DNA from: an uncultured Chloroflexia bacterium
GTDB lineage: Bacteria; Chloroflexota; Limnocylindria; Limnocylindrales; CSP1-4
NCBI GenBank assembly: GCA_963748625.1
Contig: CAVVJT010000010.1
Location: 64,001 to 128,000 of the forward strand
Length of the DNA stretch: 64,000 nt
Reading direction: 5' to 3'
Every line of letters starts with the position of its first letter. The stretch's first letter is position 1. The notes beneath the pieces are model-generated. The model ran no database searches and was not told the origin of the DNA. It was given only the letters and a program-made list of their open reading frames with translations. Made by a program: the position numbers and the translations under genes. Below, piece after piece: positions 32,265-42,046 of the stretch.

Positions 32265-32405
32265 GGTGTAACTCCTCCTATGATCCCGGACACCCTTCGG
32301 CGTGGGACCGGGCCAGCCCGTACTGTAGCGCGACAAGGGCGGATGTCGCTTGCATGGTTGGACAAGGCCGGGGTGCGCTCCGGATGGGGTACCAGGAGGC
32401 ATCGA

Positions 32406-32900
32406 GTGGCGCGAGATCGGGCCGAAGGGGATTGGATCGCGGCGCTGATCCAGGTGCAGGAGGGCCGGTTCCCGCTGCCACTCCTCGACGACGACGGGAT
32501 CCGCGGGCTCCTGGAGGGCCACCCCCGGATCGCCATCGTGGGGGCGTCCGCGAACCCGGGCCGTCCGTCCCACGGGGTGTTGCGCTCGCTGCGCCGCTAT
32601 GGCTATGACGTGGTCCCGGTGTCGCCCACCACCAACGAGGTGGACGGCCTGCGCTGCTACCCGACGCTGGCCGATGCCGTCGGGGAGACGGGGCCCGTGG
32701 GCATCGTGGACGTGTTCCGCCGGCCGGACCGGTGCGTCGAGCACGCGCGCGAGGCGGTGGCAGCCGGAGCCAGCTGCCTGTGGCTGCAGCAGGGCATCGC
32801 GAATGCGGAGGCAGCCCGGATCGCCCACGAGGCCGGGCTCTCGGTGGTGATGGACCGGTGCACGGCCGTTGAGCATCACCGCCTGGTGACCAGGGGGTGA
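32406..32900 (+). CDS. CoA-binding domain protein (YccU-like)
   Basis: IAIVGASANPGRPS, IVDVFRR, WLQQGI, VVMDRC; AGGAGG before the GTG. Confidence 0.9.
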   Translation: MARDRAEGDWIAALIQVQEGRFPLPLLDDDGIRGLLEGHPRIAIVGASANPGRPSHGVLRSLRRYGYDVVPVSPTTNEVDGLRCYPTLADAVGETGPVGIVDVFRRPDRCVEHAREAVAAGASCLWLQQGIANAEAARIAHEAGLSVVMDRCTAVEHHRLVTRG

Positions 32901-33877
32901 CCGGCGAGGGATCCCCGTTTGCCACAGACCCCGCGCGCGCAGCGCGCCGGCAGGCGCTCGTGGCAGCCGTGGGGCCGGCCTTTCGCGCCCATCTCTCCAC
33001 CGCGCTGGAGACGACCGGCCGCGACCCCGTCCACCCGGCCGCGATCGTGCCGGCGACAGCCGTGAGGCTCCTCGGCGAGACGTTGGGGCTCGATGGTCCG
33101 GACGAGGTCATGCTGCTGACCTTGGAGCTGGCACGCGACCTCGCGCGCCCGCCCATATCCGGGTACCGCGTCGGGGCCGTGGGGCTGGCGGCGGGCAGCG
33201 GTGACCTGGTACTGGGCGGCAACCTGGAGTTGATGGGCGCGTCCGCCTGGAGCACGGTCCACGCCGAGGGATCCGTGACGCTCCTCGCACGGGCTCGCGG
33301 CGAGCAGGTTGCGGCACTGGCGATCACCGAAGCCCGTCCGTGTGCCCACTGCCGCCAGGTCCTGGCGGAGATGGACGGTGCCTATGGCGCAGGCCCCGGA
33401 GGCGGCCTGCGGCTCCTCGACCCGCTCGGTCACGTGCTCCGGCTGGCCGACCTGTACCCGTGGCCGTTCGTGCCCGCAGACCTGGGCCGGGCGGGGGCGC
33501 GCCCGGCGGAGGCCGCCTGGCCCGACCTTGCGCTCCACGACGGCGAGGCTCCACCGCAGGTCGGGGCCGCGTTGCTGCTCGCGGGCCGACGATCCCACGC
33601 GCCCTACAGCGGAGCGCCGGCAGCCGTCGTGCTCGCCCTGCGGGACGGGACCCTCGTGACGGGGAGCGTGCTCGAGAGCGTCGCGTTCAACCCCACCATC
33701 GGGCCTCTGCAGGACGCTCTCGTGGGACTCATGGCAGCCGGCCGCGAACCAGACGCGATCGAAACGGCATGGCTCGCGGTCGCGCGCGAAGCGCACGTGG
33801 GCCACGAGGCGGCGACCCGCGAGGCGCTCGCTGCCGCGGCACCCGGAATCCCGCTGCGGCTCACAACCTGGGCCTGA
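32897..33877 (+). CDS. cdd: Cytidine deaminase, long two-domain (E. coli-type)
   Basis: PISGYRVGA, GGNLE, TVHAEG, PCAHCRQ, SHAPYSG, ESVAFNPTIGPLQ. Confidence 0.92.
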   Translation: MTGEGSPFATDPARAARRQALVAAVGPAFRAHLSTALETTGRDPVHPAAIVPATAVRLLGETLGLDGPDEVMLLTLELARDLARPPISGYRVGAVGLAAGSGDLVLGGNLELMGASAWSTVHAEGSVTLLARARGEQVAALAITEARPCAHCRQVLAEMDGAYGAGPGGGLRLLDPLGHVLRLADLYPWPFVPADLGRAGARPAEAAWPDLALHDGEAPPQVGAALLLAGRRSHAPYSGAPAAVVLALRDGTLVTGSVLESVAFNPTIGPLQDALVGLMAAGREPDAIETAWLAVAREAHVGHEAATREALAAAAPGIPLRLTTWA

Positions 33878-33907
33878 CCCCTTCGAGAGGCCTCGGCAGG
33901 ACCGGCG

Positions 33908-35176
33908 CTACTCCTTTGTGTACGGCGTCCCGTCGGCGGCTGGCATGCGCACCCTGCCCACGAGCCCCGCAACCACGACGATGGTCGTGATGTACGGGAT
34001 CATGCTCAGAAACTCCGACGGCACGGCTGAGCCCAGGATCGAGAGGCGGCTCTGCAGTGCGTCGGCAAAGCCGAACACGAGGCTGGCGAGGAACGCCCCG
34101 ATGGGCGTCCAGCCGCCGAAGATCATCGCCGCCAGGCCGATGAAGCCGCGACCGGCGGTCATGTCCCGCTCGAACGAGCCGGTCGAGCCCAGCGTGAAGT
34201 AGGCACCGCCGAGGCCGGCAATCATCCCGCCGAGGATCACGTTGCGGTAGCGCGTGAGCTGGACGTTGATCCCGACCGTGTCCGCCGCCCGGGGGTGCTC
34301 GCCCACGGAGCGCACACGGAGGCCGTATCGCGTGTAGAACAGCGCGAAGTGGATGAGGCCGACCAGCACGAACACCGCGTACACGAAGAAGTTGCCCGCG
34401 AAGAAGATCGGGCCGATGACCGGGATGTCCGACAGGATCGGGAGGACGAGCGGGTCGAACCGCGGCGGCGTGTTCAGCTCCTTGCTCGCCGACAGCACGC
34501 GCGTGGACAGGAAGGCCGTGATCCCCGCAGCGAAGATGTTGATGACGGTGCCCGCGATGATCTGGTTCACGCGGTACCGGATGGAGAGGACCGCGAGCAC
34601 CGCCGCGAGCAGGCCTCCGGTGATAACGGCGCCGATCAGCCCGCTCCAGGTGCTTCCCGTGACGCTGGCCACGACGGCCGCGACGAAGGCCCCGGACAGG
34701 AGCATGCCCTCGATCGCAATGTTCACCACGCCCGATCGCTCGCACATGACGCCGGACAGGGCAGCAAACGTGATCGGCACGGCCCGGTACAGCGTGGTCT
34801 GGAACACGCCGACGAGGCTCATCGACTTGCCCGCGGCCGTCCAGGTGAGGAACCCGAACACGAACGCGATCATGACGACCGACAGCAGGATCGCCCAGCG
34901 CGCTCCAGCGACCTTCGTCAGCTGCAGCGCGCCGCAGAACATCGCCACGCCGGCCATGAGGTAGATCACGGGCGCGGACGGGATGACGAGGTCGGGCAGC
35001 CTGATCGCCGGCGCCGCGCCGAGGTTGAGGGTGAACTTCGTCTGGGTCCCGCCGTCGATCCCCGTGCCGAACGCGAGGATCAGCACCGCGGCGAGACCGA
35101 AGTAGAAGATCGCCAGGGCGAGCGAACGCCGCGAGAGGCTCCCGGTCCCGGACTTGATGGCGACGCCGCTGCTCAT
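33908..35176 (-). CDS. Nucleoside ABC permease (NupC/YufQ type), system 2
   Basis: CERSGVVNIAIEG, GLRVRSVGEHP, GRGFIGLAAMIFGGW; ATGA-coupled start at 35176. Confidence 0.92.
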   Translation of the reverse strand: MSSGVAIKSGTGSLSRRSLALAIFYFGLAAVLILAFGTGIDGGTQTKFTLNLGAAPAIRLPDLVIPSAPVIYLMAGVAMFCGALQLTKVAGARWAILLSVVMIAFVFGFLTWTAAGKSMSLVGVFQTTLYRAVPITFAALSGVMCERSGVVNIAIEGMLLSGAFVAAVVASVTGSTWSGLIGAVITGGLLAAVLAVLSIRYRVNQIIAGTVINIFAAGITAFLSTRVLSASKELNTPPRFDPLVLPILSDIPVIGPIFFAGNFFVYAVFVLVGLIHFALFYTRYGLRVRSVGEHPRAADTVGINVQLTRYRNVILGGMIAGLGGAYFTLGSTGSFERDMTAGRGFIGLAAMIFGGWTPIGAFLASLVFGFADALQSRLSILGSAVPSEFLSMIPYITTIVVVAGLVGRVRMPAADGTPYTKE

Positions 35177-36432
35177 GAGCGCCATCCCTGGGCCAGGTTC
35201 TCGGTGCCCGTCGCGCGCTTGGACTTGATCCGGTAGATCTCGCGGATCAGGGCGGGCGCCGCGACGAACATGATCACCAGCGCCTGGATGACGACCACCA
35301 GGTCGATCGGGATGCCGGTCGCTGCCTGCATCGGCGTGGCGCCCGCACGCAGGCCGCCGAACAGCAGCGCCGCCAGGACGACGCCGAGCGGCGAGGAGCC
35401 GCCGAGCAGCGCGATGGCGATGCCGTCGAAACCGTAGCCGGGGGAGAAGCCCGGCGTCATCGCCTTGTTGACACCCAGGATCTCCGTGGCGCCGGCAAGC
35501 CCGGCCAGTCCGCCGCAGATCGACATCGTCAGGATCAGCGTCCGCGAGATGCTCATGCCGGCATACCGCGCACCGGACGGGTTGAGCCCGACGGCGCGGA
35601 ACTCGTAGCCCAGCGTGGACCGGTACAGGAGCCACGAGACCAGCGCGGCGGCGAGCAGGGCGAGGACGAACGCCCAGTTCATGCGCAGCCCGTCAATGAG
35701 CTGCGGGATCATCGCCGCAGGGTCGACGATCGGCGACACCGGGTCGCTCCGCCCCGGCCGCTGGTAGAACGGCTGACGCAGCGTCCAGGTCACCAGCAGG
35801 TAGGCGACGTAGTTGAGCATGATCGTGACGATCACCTCGTGAGCGCCCGTCCTGGCCTTGAGGACGCCCGGGATGAAACCCCACAGGGCGCCCCCGAGGA
35901 AGCCGGCCGCGATCACCAGGGGGAGGTGCACGAACCAGGGCAGCCCGTGGATCGAGAAGCCCACGAAGGCTGCGATGAGGGCACCGATGTACAGCTGGCC
36001 CTCGGCCCCGATGTTGAACAGGCCGCTGCGGAACCCGAGCGCGACCGCGAGGCCGGTGAAGATCAGTGGCGTCGCGGCGAGGATGGTCTCGCTGATCGGC
36101 CGGAAGGCAAGCTTGACCTGGTCGATGTCTCCCGACGCCAGCGCCTCCAGGTAGGTGCTCGGGTTGCCGAGCGCACCGGTGATCAGTGCCCCGTAGCCCT
36201 CCAGCACCGCGCGCACGGACTCGGCGGCGGCCTTGAGCGGCTCGGTCGTCCAGAGCCGCAGGAGGACCGGGTCCGACAGCACGATGATGAACGCGCCGAT
36301 CAGCATGGCCGTGAACACCGCCAGCAACGGGACGACGACCTGGCCGAGCAGGCGCCGGAGCCTGGAGGACCCCGTAGGGTTCTCCTGCTCGGCGGGGGTC
36401 GTATCCGGGGCGGGCACGCTCGGATTGCTCAC
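35173..36432 (-). CDS. Nucleoside ABC permease (NupB/YufP type), system 2
   Basis: GLFNIGAEGQ, HEVIVTIMLNY, GYGFDGIAIALLG. Confidence 0.92.
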   Translation of the reverse strand: MSNPSVPAPDTTPAEQENPTGSSRLRRLLGQVVVPLLAVFTAMLIGAFIIVLSDPVLLRLWTTEPLKAAAESVRAVLEGYGALITGALGNPSTYLEALASGDIDQVKLAFRPISETILAATPLIFTGLAVALGFRSGLFNIGAEGQLYIGALIAAFVGFSIHGLPWFVHLPLVIAAGFLGGALWGFIPGVLKARTGAHEVIVTIMLNYVAYLLVTWTLRQPFYQRPGRSDPVSPIVDPAAMIPQLIDGLRMNWAFVLALLAAALVSWLLYRSTLGYEFRAVGLNPSGARYAGMSISRTLILTMSICGGLAGLAGATEILGVNKAMTPGFSPGYGFDGIAIALLGGSSPLGVVLAALLFGGLRAGATPMQAATGIPIDLVVVIQALVIMFVAAPALIREIYRIKSKRATGTENLAQGWRS

Positions 36433-38021
36433 GGCTGGGGTCCCCGTGCGGAGATGCCGGTGTCGGCAGGCATGTGCTGGCGAGGTCCGGATGCGGGCGC
36501 CGTGGCGTCATCCGCCTGGACCGCCCCGCCACCCATGTACAAGCCGAGCAGCTCGGGCGTGGCCTCGGCGGGGTCGAGGATGGCCACGATCCGACCCTGG
36601 TACATGACCGCGATGCGGTCGGCCAGGGCCATCACCTCGTCCAGCTCGGTGGAGACGATCAGGACGGCGGTGCCCGCGTCGCGCTTCTCCACGACCCGAC
36701 GGTGGATGTACTCGATGGACCCGACGTCGAGCCCGCGGGTGGGCTGCGCTGCGACGAGGAGCTTGATCGGCCGGCTGAACTCGCGCGCGACGATGACCTT
36801 CTGCTGGTTGCCGCCCGAGAGGTTCGCGACCTCGTTGAACACGCTCGGTGTGCGCACGTCGTACTGCGCGGCGAGGTCCGTCGCCGTCGCCAGGATGGCG
36901 TCGCGCTTGAGGCGCAGGCCGTCTGCGAACGGCTTGAGGTAGTACGTGTTGAGGACCATGTTCTCCGCGATGGAGAACCCGGGGATCAAGCCCTCCTCGA
37001 GCCGATCCTCGGGAACGTGCGCCACGCCGGCCTCGAACACCCTCCGTGGCTCGGGCTTGACGTCGTGGCCCGCGATCCGGATCGACCCGCCCATCGTCCT
37101 CCTCAGCCCCGTGATGGCCTCCACCAGTTCCGTCTGCCCGTTGCCCTGCACGCCGGCGATCGCGACGATCTCACCGGCCCGCACGACGAGGTCCAGGTCC
37201 CGGACGGCCGGATGGCCGCGGTCGTCGGACAGCGACAGGCCGGCGATCTCGAGTACGGGCTCCCCGGGCGTGGCTGGGGTCTTGTCAACCTGGAGATCCA
37301 CGGGGCGGCCGACCATCATCTGGGCCAGTGACTGCTGCGTCGCCTCGGCCGGTGTCACCGACCCCACGACCCTGCCCCGGCGCAGGACCGTGATGCGATC
37401 CGCGATCTCCAGGACCTCGTTGAGCTTGTGGGTGATGAAGATGATCGAGGTCCCGGTCGCCTGGAGCGAGCGCATGATCTCGAAGAGCTCCTCGGTCTCC
37501 TGGGGGGTGAGAACGGCCGAGGGCTCGTCGAGGATCAGCAGGTTCGACTGGCGGTAGAGCGTCTTGATGATCTCGACGCGCTGCCGGACGCCGACGGGAA
37601 GGTCCTCGACCAGCGCGTCCGGGTCCACGTCCAGGTTGTGACGCGCGGAGATCTCGAGGATCCGGGCCTTCGCCGCCCGCTTGTCGATGATCCGCAGCGG
37701 GCCACGCGTCGACTCCACCCCCAGCATCACGTTCTCCGTCACGGTGAAGACGGGCACGAGCATGAAGTGCTGGTGGACCATGCCGATCCCGGCGCGGATC
37801 GCGTCGCCCGGGTCATGGAAGACGACCGGCGCGCCATCGAGCAGGATCTCACCCTCGTCCTGCTTGTACAGGCCGTACAGGACGTTCATCAGGGTGGTCT
37901 TGCCGGCGCCGTTCTCCCCTAGGAGCGCGTGGATCTGCCCCGGCTCGACCACCAGGTCGACCGCCTCGTTGGCGATGACGCCTGGGAACCGCTTGGTGAT
38001 GCCGCGGAGCTCGAGCTTCAC
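36429..38021 (-). CDS. Nucleoside/sugar ABC ATPase, system 2
   Basis: GENGAGKTT, LSGGNQQK, QPTRGLD. Confidence 0.95.
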   Translation of the reverse strand: MKLELRGITKRFPGVIANEAVDLVVEPGQIHALLGENGAGKTTLMNVLYGLYKQDEGEILLDGAPVVFHDPGDAIRAGIGMVHQHFMLVPVFTVTENVMLGVESTRGPLRIIDKRAAKARILEISARHNLDVDPDALVEDLPVGVRQRVEIIKTLYRQSNLLILDEPSAVLTPQETEELFEIMRSLQATGTSIIFITHKLNEVLEIADRITVLRRGRVVGSVTPAEATQQSLAQMMVGRPVDLQVDKTPATPGEPVLEIAGLSLSDDRGHPAVRDLDLVVRAGEIVAIAGVQGNGQTELVEAITGLRRTMGGSIRIAGHDVKPEPRRVFEAGVAHVPEDRLEEGLIPGFSIAENMVLNTYYLKPFADGLRLKRDAILATATDLAAQYDVRTPSVFNEVANLSGGNQQKVIVAREFSRPIKLLVAAQPTRGLDVGSIEYIHRRVVEKRDAGTAVLIVSTELDEVMALADRIAVMYQGRIVAILDPAEATPELLGLYMGGGAVQADDATAPASGPRQHMPADTGISARGPQP

Positions 38022-38045
38022 GTGGGCCTCGGTCGAGGATGGTAT

Positions 38046-38081
38046 GGCCGGGCGACGTCCGCCGAAGAACGCCGCCCGGCC
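38046..38081 (-). terminator. Intercistronic stem-loop after BMP gene 2
   Basis: GGCCGGGCGACGT...ACGCCGCCCGGCC inverted repeat. Confidence 0.55.
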
Positions 38082-38098
38082 GGTGTGTTCGGGACAGG

Positions 38099-39247
38099 CT
38101 ACGGAGCGAAGTAGTCGGCGGGCTTCACTTCTCCGGAGATGATCTTGGCCTTGAGGGCGGCGGCGCCGTCCTTGAGCTCCTGGGGGACCTGGGAGTCGAA
38201 CTGGTTGAACGGGCCCATGTCAACGCCGCCGTTGGCGAGCGTGCTGACGAACACGGGCTGGGGCGCTTCACTGTTGACCGCCCGCTCGATGGCGGCCGAC
38301 ACGGACACGTCGATCTTCTTGAGCACGCTGGTGAGGATGACGTCGCAGTACTGCGGAGCCGAGACACACCAGTCGACGTCGACGCCGATGCCGTAGTCCT
38401 GGGCTGCCGACTCCTGGAGCGCCGTGTAGGCGCCGCCGCCGATCGGCCCGCCGACGGGCAGGATGACGTCCGCGCCCTCCTGGAGCATCGGGACCGTCAG
38501 GGCCTTCGCATTGTCGAGGGACTCGAAGTCACCGGTGAAGGAGCCTTCCTTCGTCACCGGGTTCCAGCCCAGCACGGAGACGTTCTTGCCCGCTTCCTTG
38601 TTGTAGTAGTTGGCGCCGGCCACGAACCCGTCCATGAAGTCGGTCACGCCGCCGCCGATGTTGATGCCGCCGAACGTGCCCATGACGCCGGACTTCGACA
38701 TCCCGGCTGACACGTACCCGACGAGCATTGCCGCCTCGTTCGTCGTGTAGACGAGGCCTTCCACGTTCGGGATGGCCGGATCGTAGGCGAAGTCCACGAT
38801 CGCGAAACGGATGTTCGGGTTGGCCTCAGCCGCGGCTTTCGTGGCGTCGCCGAGCAGGAACCCGACGGTCACGATCATGTCGCAGCCTTCGCTGACGAAC
38901 TGGCTGATGTTCTTCTCGTAGTCGCCCTGGGCTCGCGACTCCAGGAACTTGACCTCGATCCCGAGCTTGGACTGGGCGTCCTCCATGCCCTTCCAGGCAT
39001 TCTCGTTGAAGCTGTTGTCATCGATCCCACCGAGATCGCTGACCATGCACGCCTTGAAGTCGACTGCCGCCGCGCTCGGGGCCTCGGTGGGGGCCATCGT
39101 GGCGGGCGGTGCCTCGGTGGGGGCCGTCGTGGCGGGCGGGGCCTCGGTGGGGGCCGTCGTGGGGGACGGCGATGCCGCTCCCCCGCACGCGGCCAGGGCG
39201 ATCGACGCAGCGCCGATGAGGGCGGCGAGCCGGATGGTGGTCCGCAA
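38099..39247 (-). CDS. BMP-family nucleoside-binding lipoprotein, system 2
   Basis: GAGGAGG followed by a TTG start at 39247, lipobox LAAC, APTEAPPAT repeats, GGIDDNSFN, IGVDVD. Confidence 0.92.
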   Translation of the reverse strand: MRTTIRLAALIGAASIALAACGGAASPSPTTAPTEAPPATTAPTEAPPATMAPTEAPSAAAVDFKACMVSDLGGIDDNSFNENAWKGMEDAQSKLGIEVKFLESRAQGDYEKNISQFVSEGCDMIVTVGFLLGDATKAAAEANPNIRFAIVDFAYDPAIPNVEGLVYTTNEAAMLVGYVSAGMSKSGVMGTFGGINIGGGVTDFMDGFVAGANYYNKEAGKNVSVLGWNPVTKEGSFTGDFESLDNAKALTVPMLQEGADVILPVGGPIGGGAYTALQESAAQDYGIGVDVDWCVSAPQYCDVILTSVLKKIDVSVSAAIERAVNSEAPQPVFVSTLANGGVDMGPFNQFDSQVPQELKDGAAALKAKIISGEVKPADYFAP

Positions 39248-39567
39248 GTTCTGGTCCTCCTCGTTGCCCCGGCCGGCGCGCCCATTGGTGCTACGAAGAC
39301 CGAGGCGATACGGGCGCAACCGTGGCGCCAACGCTTGGGCCGCACCCGGTCGTGCGGTTTCCATAGTCGCGATCCGGGCGGCCGCACCCGCAGGATGGCG
39401 GCCTCGAGCCTGCACGGTCAGGGTCCGACATCCTGTCTGCTCGGGCGTGTCGGCCCGAAGGAGGCCCGCTAGGGCATCCGGCCCCACCGCGTGGACGCTG
39501 GTCACCACATACTTTGCTGCATGGCGGCGGCCTCCCCTGCCTGCCAGCCCCGTACCCGGAGGACTCG

Positions 39568-40347
39568 ATGCCCCAGATCCACCTCCACGCCGAGCCGGGC
39601 GACTACGCGCCCGTCTGCATCATCCCCGGCGATCCCAATCGCGCCACACGCATCGCGGACCGGTTCGATGGCGGCCCGGGCGCCGCAAAGCTCGTCACCG
39701 CGCACCGCGGCCTGCTCGGGTACACCGGCACTGTCAATGGCGTCCCCGTCTCCGTCCAGACGACGATGATGGGCACGCCCACCACCTCGATCGTTATGGA
39801 GGAGCTCCTCAACCTCGGGGTCACCACGTTCATCCGGGTGGGCACCACCGGCGGCTTCCGGCCGCTGGACATCGGCGACGTGGTCGTCGCCCTCGCGGCT
39901 GCCGGCGCCACCGGCATGAGCACGGTGCTGGGGGCCGGCGAGGCCACTGCGCCAACGGCCGACTTCGACGTGGTCAAGGCGCTCGTCGCTGCCTCGCAGG
40001 CCAACGGGCTCACCACGCACGTCGGCCCCATCGTCACCAGCGACGTCTTCTACGATCCGGCCCCCGGCGGCGCCGGCCGTTGGGCCGCGCGCGGCTACCT
40101 CTCGGTGGAGATGGAGTCGGCCGCCGTGTTCCTGCTCGCGATGCGGGAGCGTGCCAAGGGCCGCAGCGTCCGCGCCGGGACGATCCTGACAGTGTCGGAC
40201 GTGATCGTCACCGAGGGGGGCCTGGTGGGCGAGCTGCGTGACTTCGGCGACAACAAGTGGTTCCGCCCGCCCGAGGACGAGGTCACCCGTCGGGTGGACC
40301 TCACGATCGGCGCGGCGCTTGCCGCGGCGGCGGTCCTAGGGGCGTAG
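39568..40347 (+). CDS. deoD: Purine nucleoside phosphorylase (DeoD / PNP-UDP family)
   Basis: PGDPNRA, RGLLGYTG, IRVGT, SDVFY, VEMESAA, TVSD; GGAGG RBS. Confidence 0.82.
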   Translation: MPQIHLHAEPGDYAPVCIIPGDPNRATRIADRFDGGPGAAKLVTAHRGLLGYTGTVNGVPVSVQTTMMGTPTTSIVMEELLNLGVTTFIRVGTTGGFRPLDIGDVVVALAAAGATGMSTVLGAGEATAPTADFDVVKALVAASQANGLTTHVGPIVTSDVFYDPAPGGAGRWAARGYLSVEMESAAVFLLAMRERAKGRSVRAGTILTVSDVIVTEGGLVGELRDFGDNKWFRPPEDEVTRRVDLTIGAALAAAAVLGA

Positions 40348-40375
40348 CCCGCCGCTCCGTCCCCCATTCCCGGGC

Positions 40376-40459
40376 CGGTCAGCCGCCGGAGGGCACCGGC
40401 CCGGAGGGCAACAGCGGCGGTCAGCCGCCGGAGGGCGCCGGCCCGGAGAGCAGCAGCAG
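40376..40459. repeat. 42-bp imperfect tandem duplication of a gene 3' end including the stop codon
   Basis: CGGTCAGCCGCCGGAGGGC.CCGGCCCGGAG at 40376 and 40418. Confidence 0.85.
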
Positions 40460-40870
40460 CCAGACGAGCGTCGGCAGGGCGACCACGAGCACCCGCGCCA
40501 CGACCTGCTGGCGAGGCGTTCCCATCCAGGCACGCTTCTCGGACTCGGCCGCGAGCGCGACGATGAGGAACGCGATCAGCCCGCCGATCGCGATCCCGAA
40601 CACCATCATGCCGAGGAACCCGATGGTGATCAGCGCGCCCACCGCGATGAGCGCAGCGCCGGTGGGTGGCGTGCCGTTGCGGCGCAGCAGCATCAGGCGG
40701 CCGACGACGAACCCCGTGAACAGGGCGAATGGCCAGGCGAGCGCGGTGAACGGCGTGACCGCCCCGCAGCCGAGGGCGACGAGGAGCTGCGGCAGCCAGC
40801 GGAACCGTGGCCGACCGTCGGGCTCCGGCTCTACCGCCGGCACGAGATCGCGCTCCGCTGCCCGCGTCAT
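40421..40870 (-). CDS. Hypothetical membrane protein
   Basis: Four or five hydrophobic segments; follows the PLP enzyme gene. Confidence 0.75.
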   Translation of the reverse strand: MTRAAERDLVPAVEPEPDGRPRFRWLPQLLVALGCGAVTPFTALAWPFALFTGFVVGRLMLLRRNGTPPTGAALIAVGALITIGFLGMMVFGIAIGGLIAFLIVALAAESEKRAWMGTPRQQVVARVLVVALPTLVWLLLLSGPAPSGG

Positions 40871-40882
40871 CAGGCCGGCCCC

Positions 40883-42046
40883 CTAGCCGACGACGTGCGC
40901 GAGGCCCAGCGCGAAGTCCTCGACGAGGTCCTCGGTGTCCTCGCAGCCAACGCTCACGCGGATGATCCCGCCGTCCTTGGGACGGGGGTAGACGAGGGTG
41001 AACACGTCGCCAAGGCTCACCCCGATGTCGCACAGGCGCAGGTGGTCGGTGAAGGCAGCCATGCCCACCACGCCGCCCTTCGGCTTGAAGGTCAGCATTG
41101 CGCCGTAGCGGCTGCCGAGGAGGCCGGTCGCCAGCTCGTGATCCGGATGGGACGCCAGGCCTGGGTAGCGGACCCACTCGACCTTGTCGCTCGCCTCGAG
41201 GAAGCGGGCCAGGGCGAGTGCATTCTCGGAACCCTTCGCGGAACGGAGGGGCAGCGTCCGGACGCCGCGCAGGACCAGGAAGCTGTTGAAGGGACTTGCG
41301 GCCTGGCCGAAGGTGTCGGTCTGCTTGCGGATGGGGTCGATCAGAGCCTTGGGGCCGGAGACGACGCCGCTGACCGCGTCGCCGTGGCCGGAGAGGTACT
41401 TGGTGGCGGCGTGGAGGACGAGGTCGGCGCCGTGCTCCAGCGGGCGCAGCAGGGCCGGTCCCAGGAACGTGTTGTCGGCCACCAGCAGGGCACCGTGCCG
41501 GTGCGCGATCTCCGCGATCACGGCGAGGTCGGGCATGCGCAGGCGCGGGTTCGTGGAGGTCTCGAGGAACAGGACCTTCGTGTTCGGACGGATCGCGGCC
41601 TCGACGGCGGCCGGGTCGCACATGTCGACCGTGGTCACCTCGATGTTGCGGCGCGGCAGATCCTCCTCCCAGAGGACCTTGGTGATCGCGAACACCTCGT
41701 CGCCGATGAGCAGGTGATCGCCTGCCCCGAGGTGCGCGAACAGCGTGGCGCTGACGGAGGCCATCCCCGACGCGGCGACGACGCAGTCCTCCGCCCCCTC
41801 GAGCGCCGCGATCTTCTCCTCGAGGGCCCGGTTGGTCGGGTTCGAGGTCCGCGAGTAGAAGTACTGGCCCGGCTCCCAGGCGAGCGCCCGGTCCACGGCC
41901 TCCTCCTTCTCGGCGGCCGAGTCGAAGGCGAAGGTGGCGGTGGCGTAGATCGGCGTGTTGTGCGCGTGGGTGGTGGGGTCGGGACGCTCGCCCGCGTGGA
42001 TCGCGCGCGTTGCGAAACCCTGTCCGTCCGTCCGTTCGCGCGTCAT
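40883..42046 (-). CDS. Cys/Met metabolism PLP-dependent enzyme (CGS/CGL/MGL family), atypical
   Basis: ATRAIHAG, YSRTSNPT, SGMA, LETSTNP, DNTF, ATKYLSGHGD, SLGD, IRVSVGCED. Confidence 0.9.
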   Translation of the reverse strand: MTRERTDGQGFATRAIHAGERPDPTTHAHNTPIYATATFAFDSAAEKEEAVDRALAWEPGQYFYSRTSNPTNRALEEKIAALEGAEDCVVAASGMASVSATLFAHLGAGDHLLIGDEVFAITKVLWEEDLPRRNIEVTTVDMCDPAAVEAAIRPNTKVLFLETSTNPRLRMPDLAVIAEIAHRHGALLVADNTFLGPALLRPLEHGADLVLHAATKYLSGHGDAVSGVVSGPKALIDPIRKQTDTFGQAASPFNSFLVLRGVRTLPLRSAKGSENALALARFLEASDKVEWVRYPGLASHPDHELATGLLGSRYGAMLTFKPKGGVVGMAAFTDHLRLCDIGVSLGDVFTLVYPRPKDGGIIRVSVGCEDTEDLVEDFALGLAHVVG

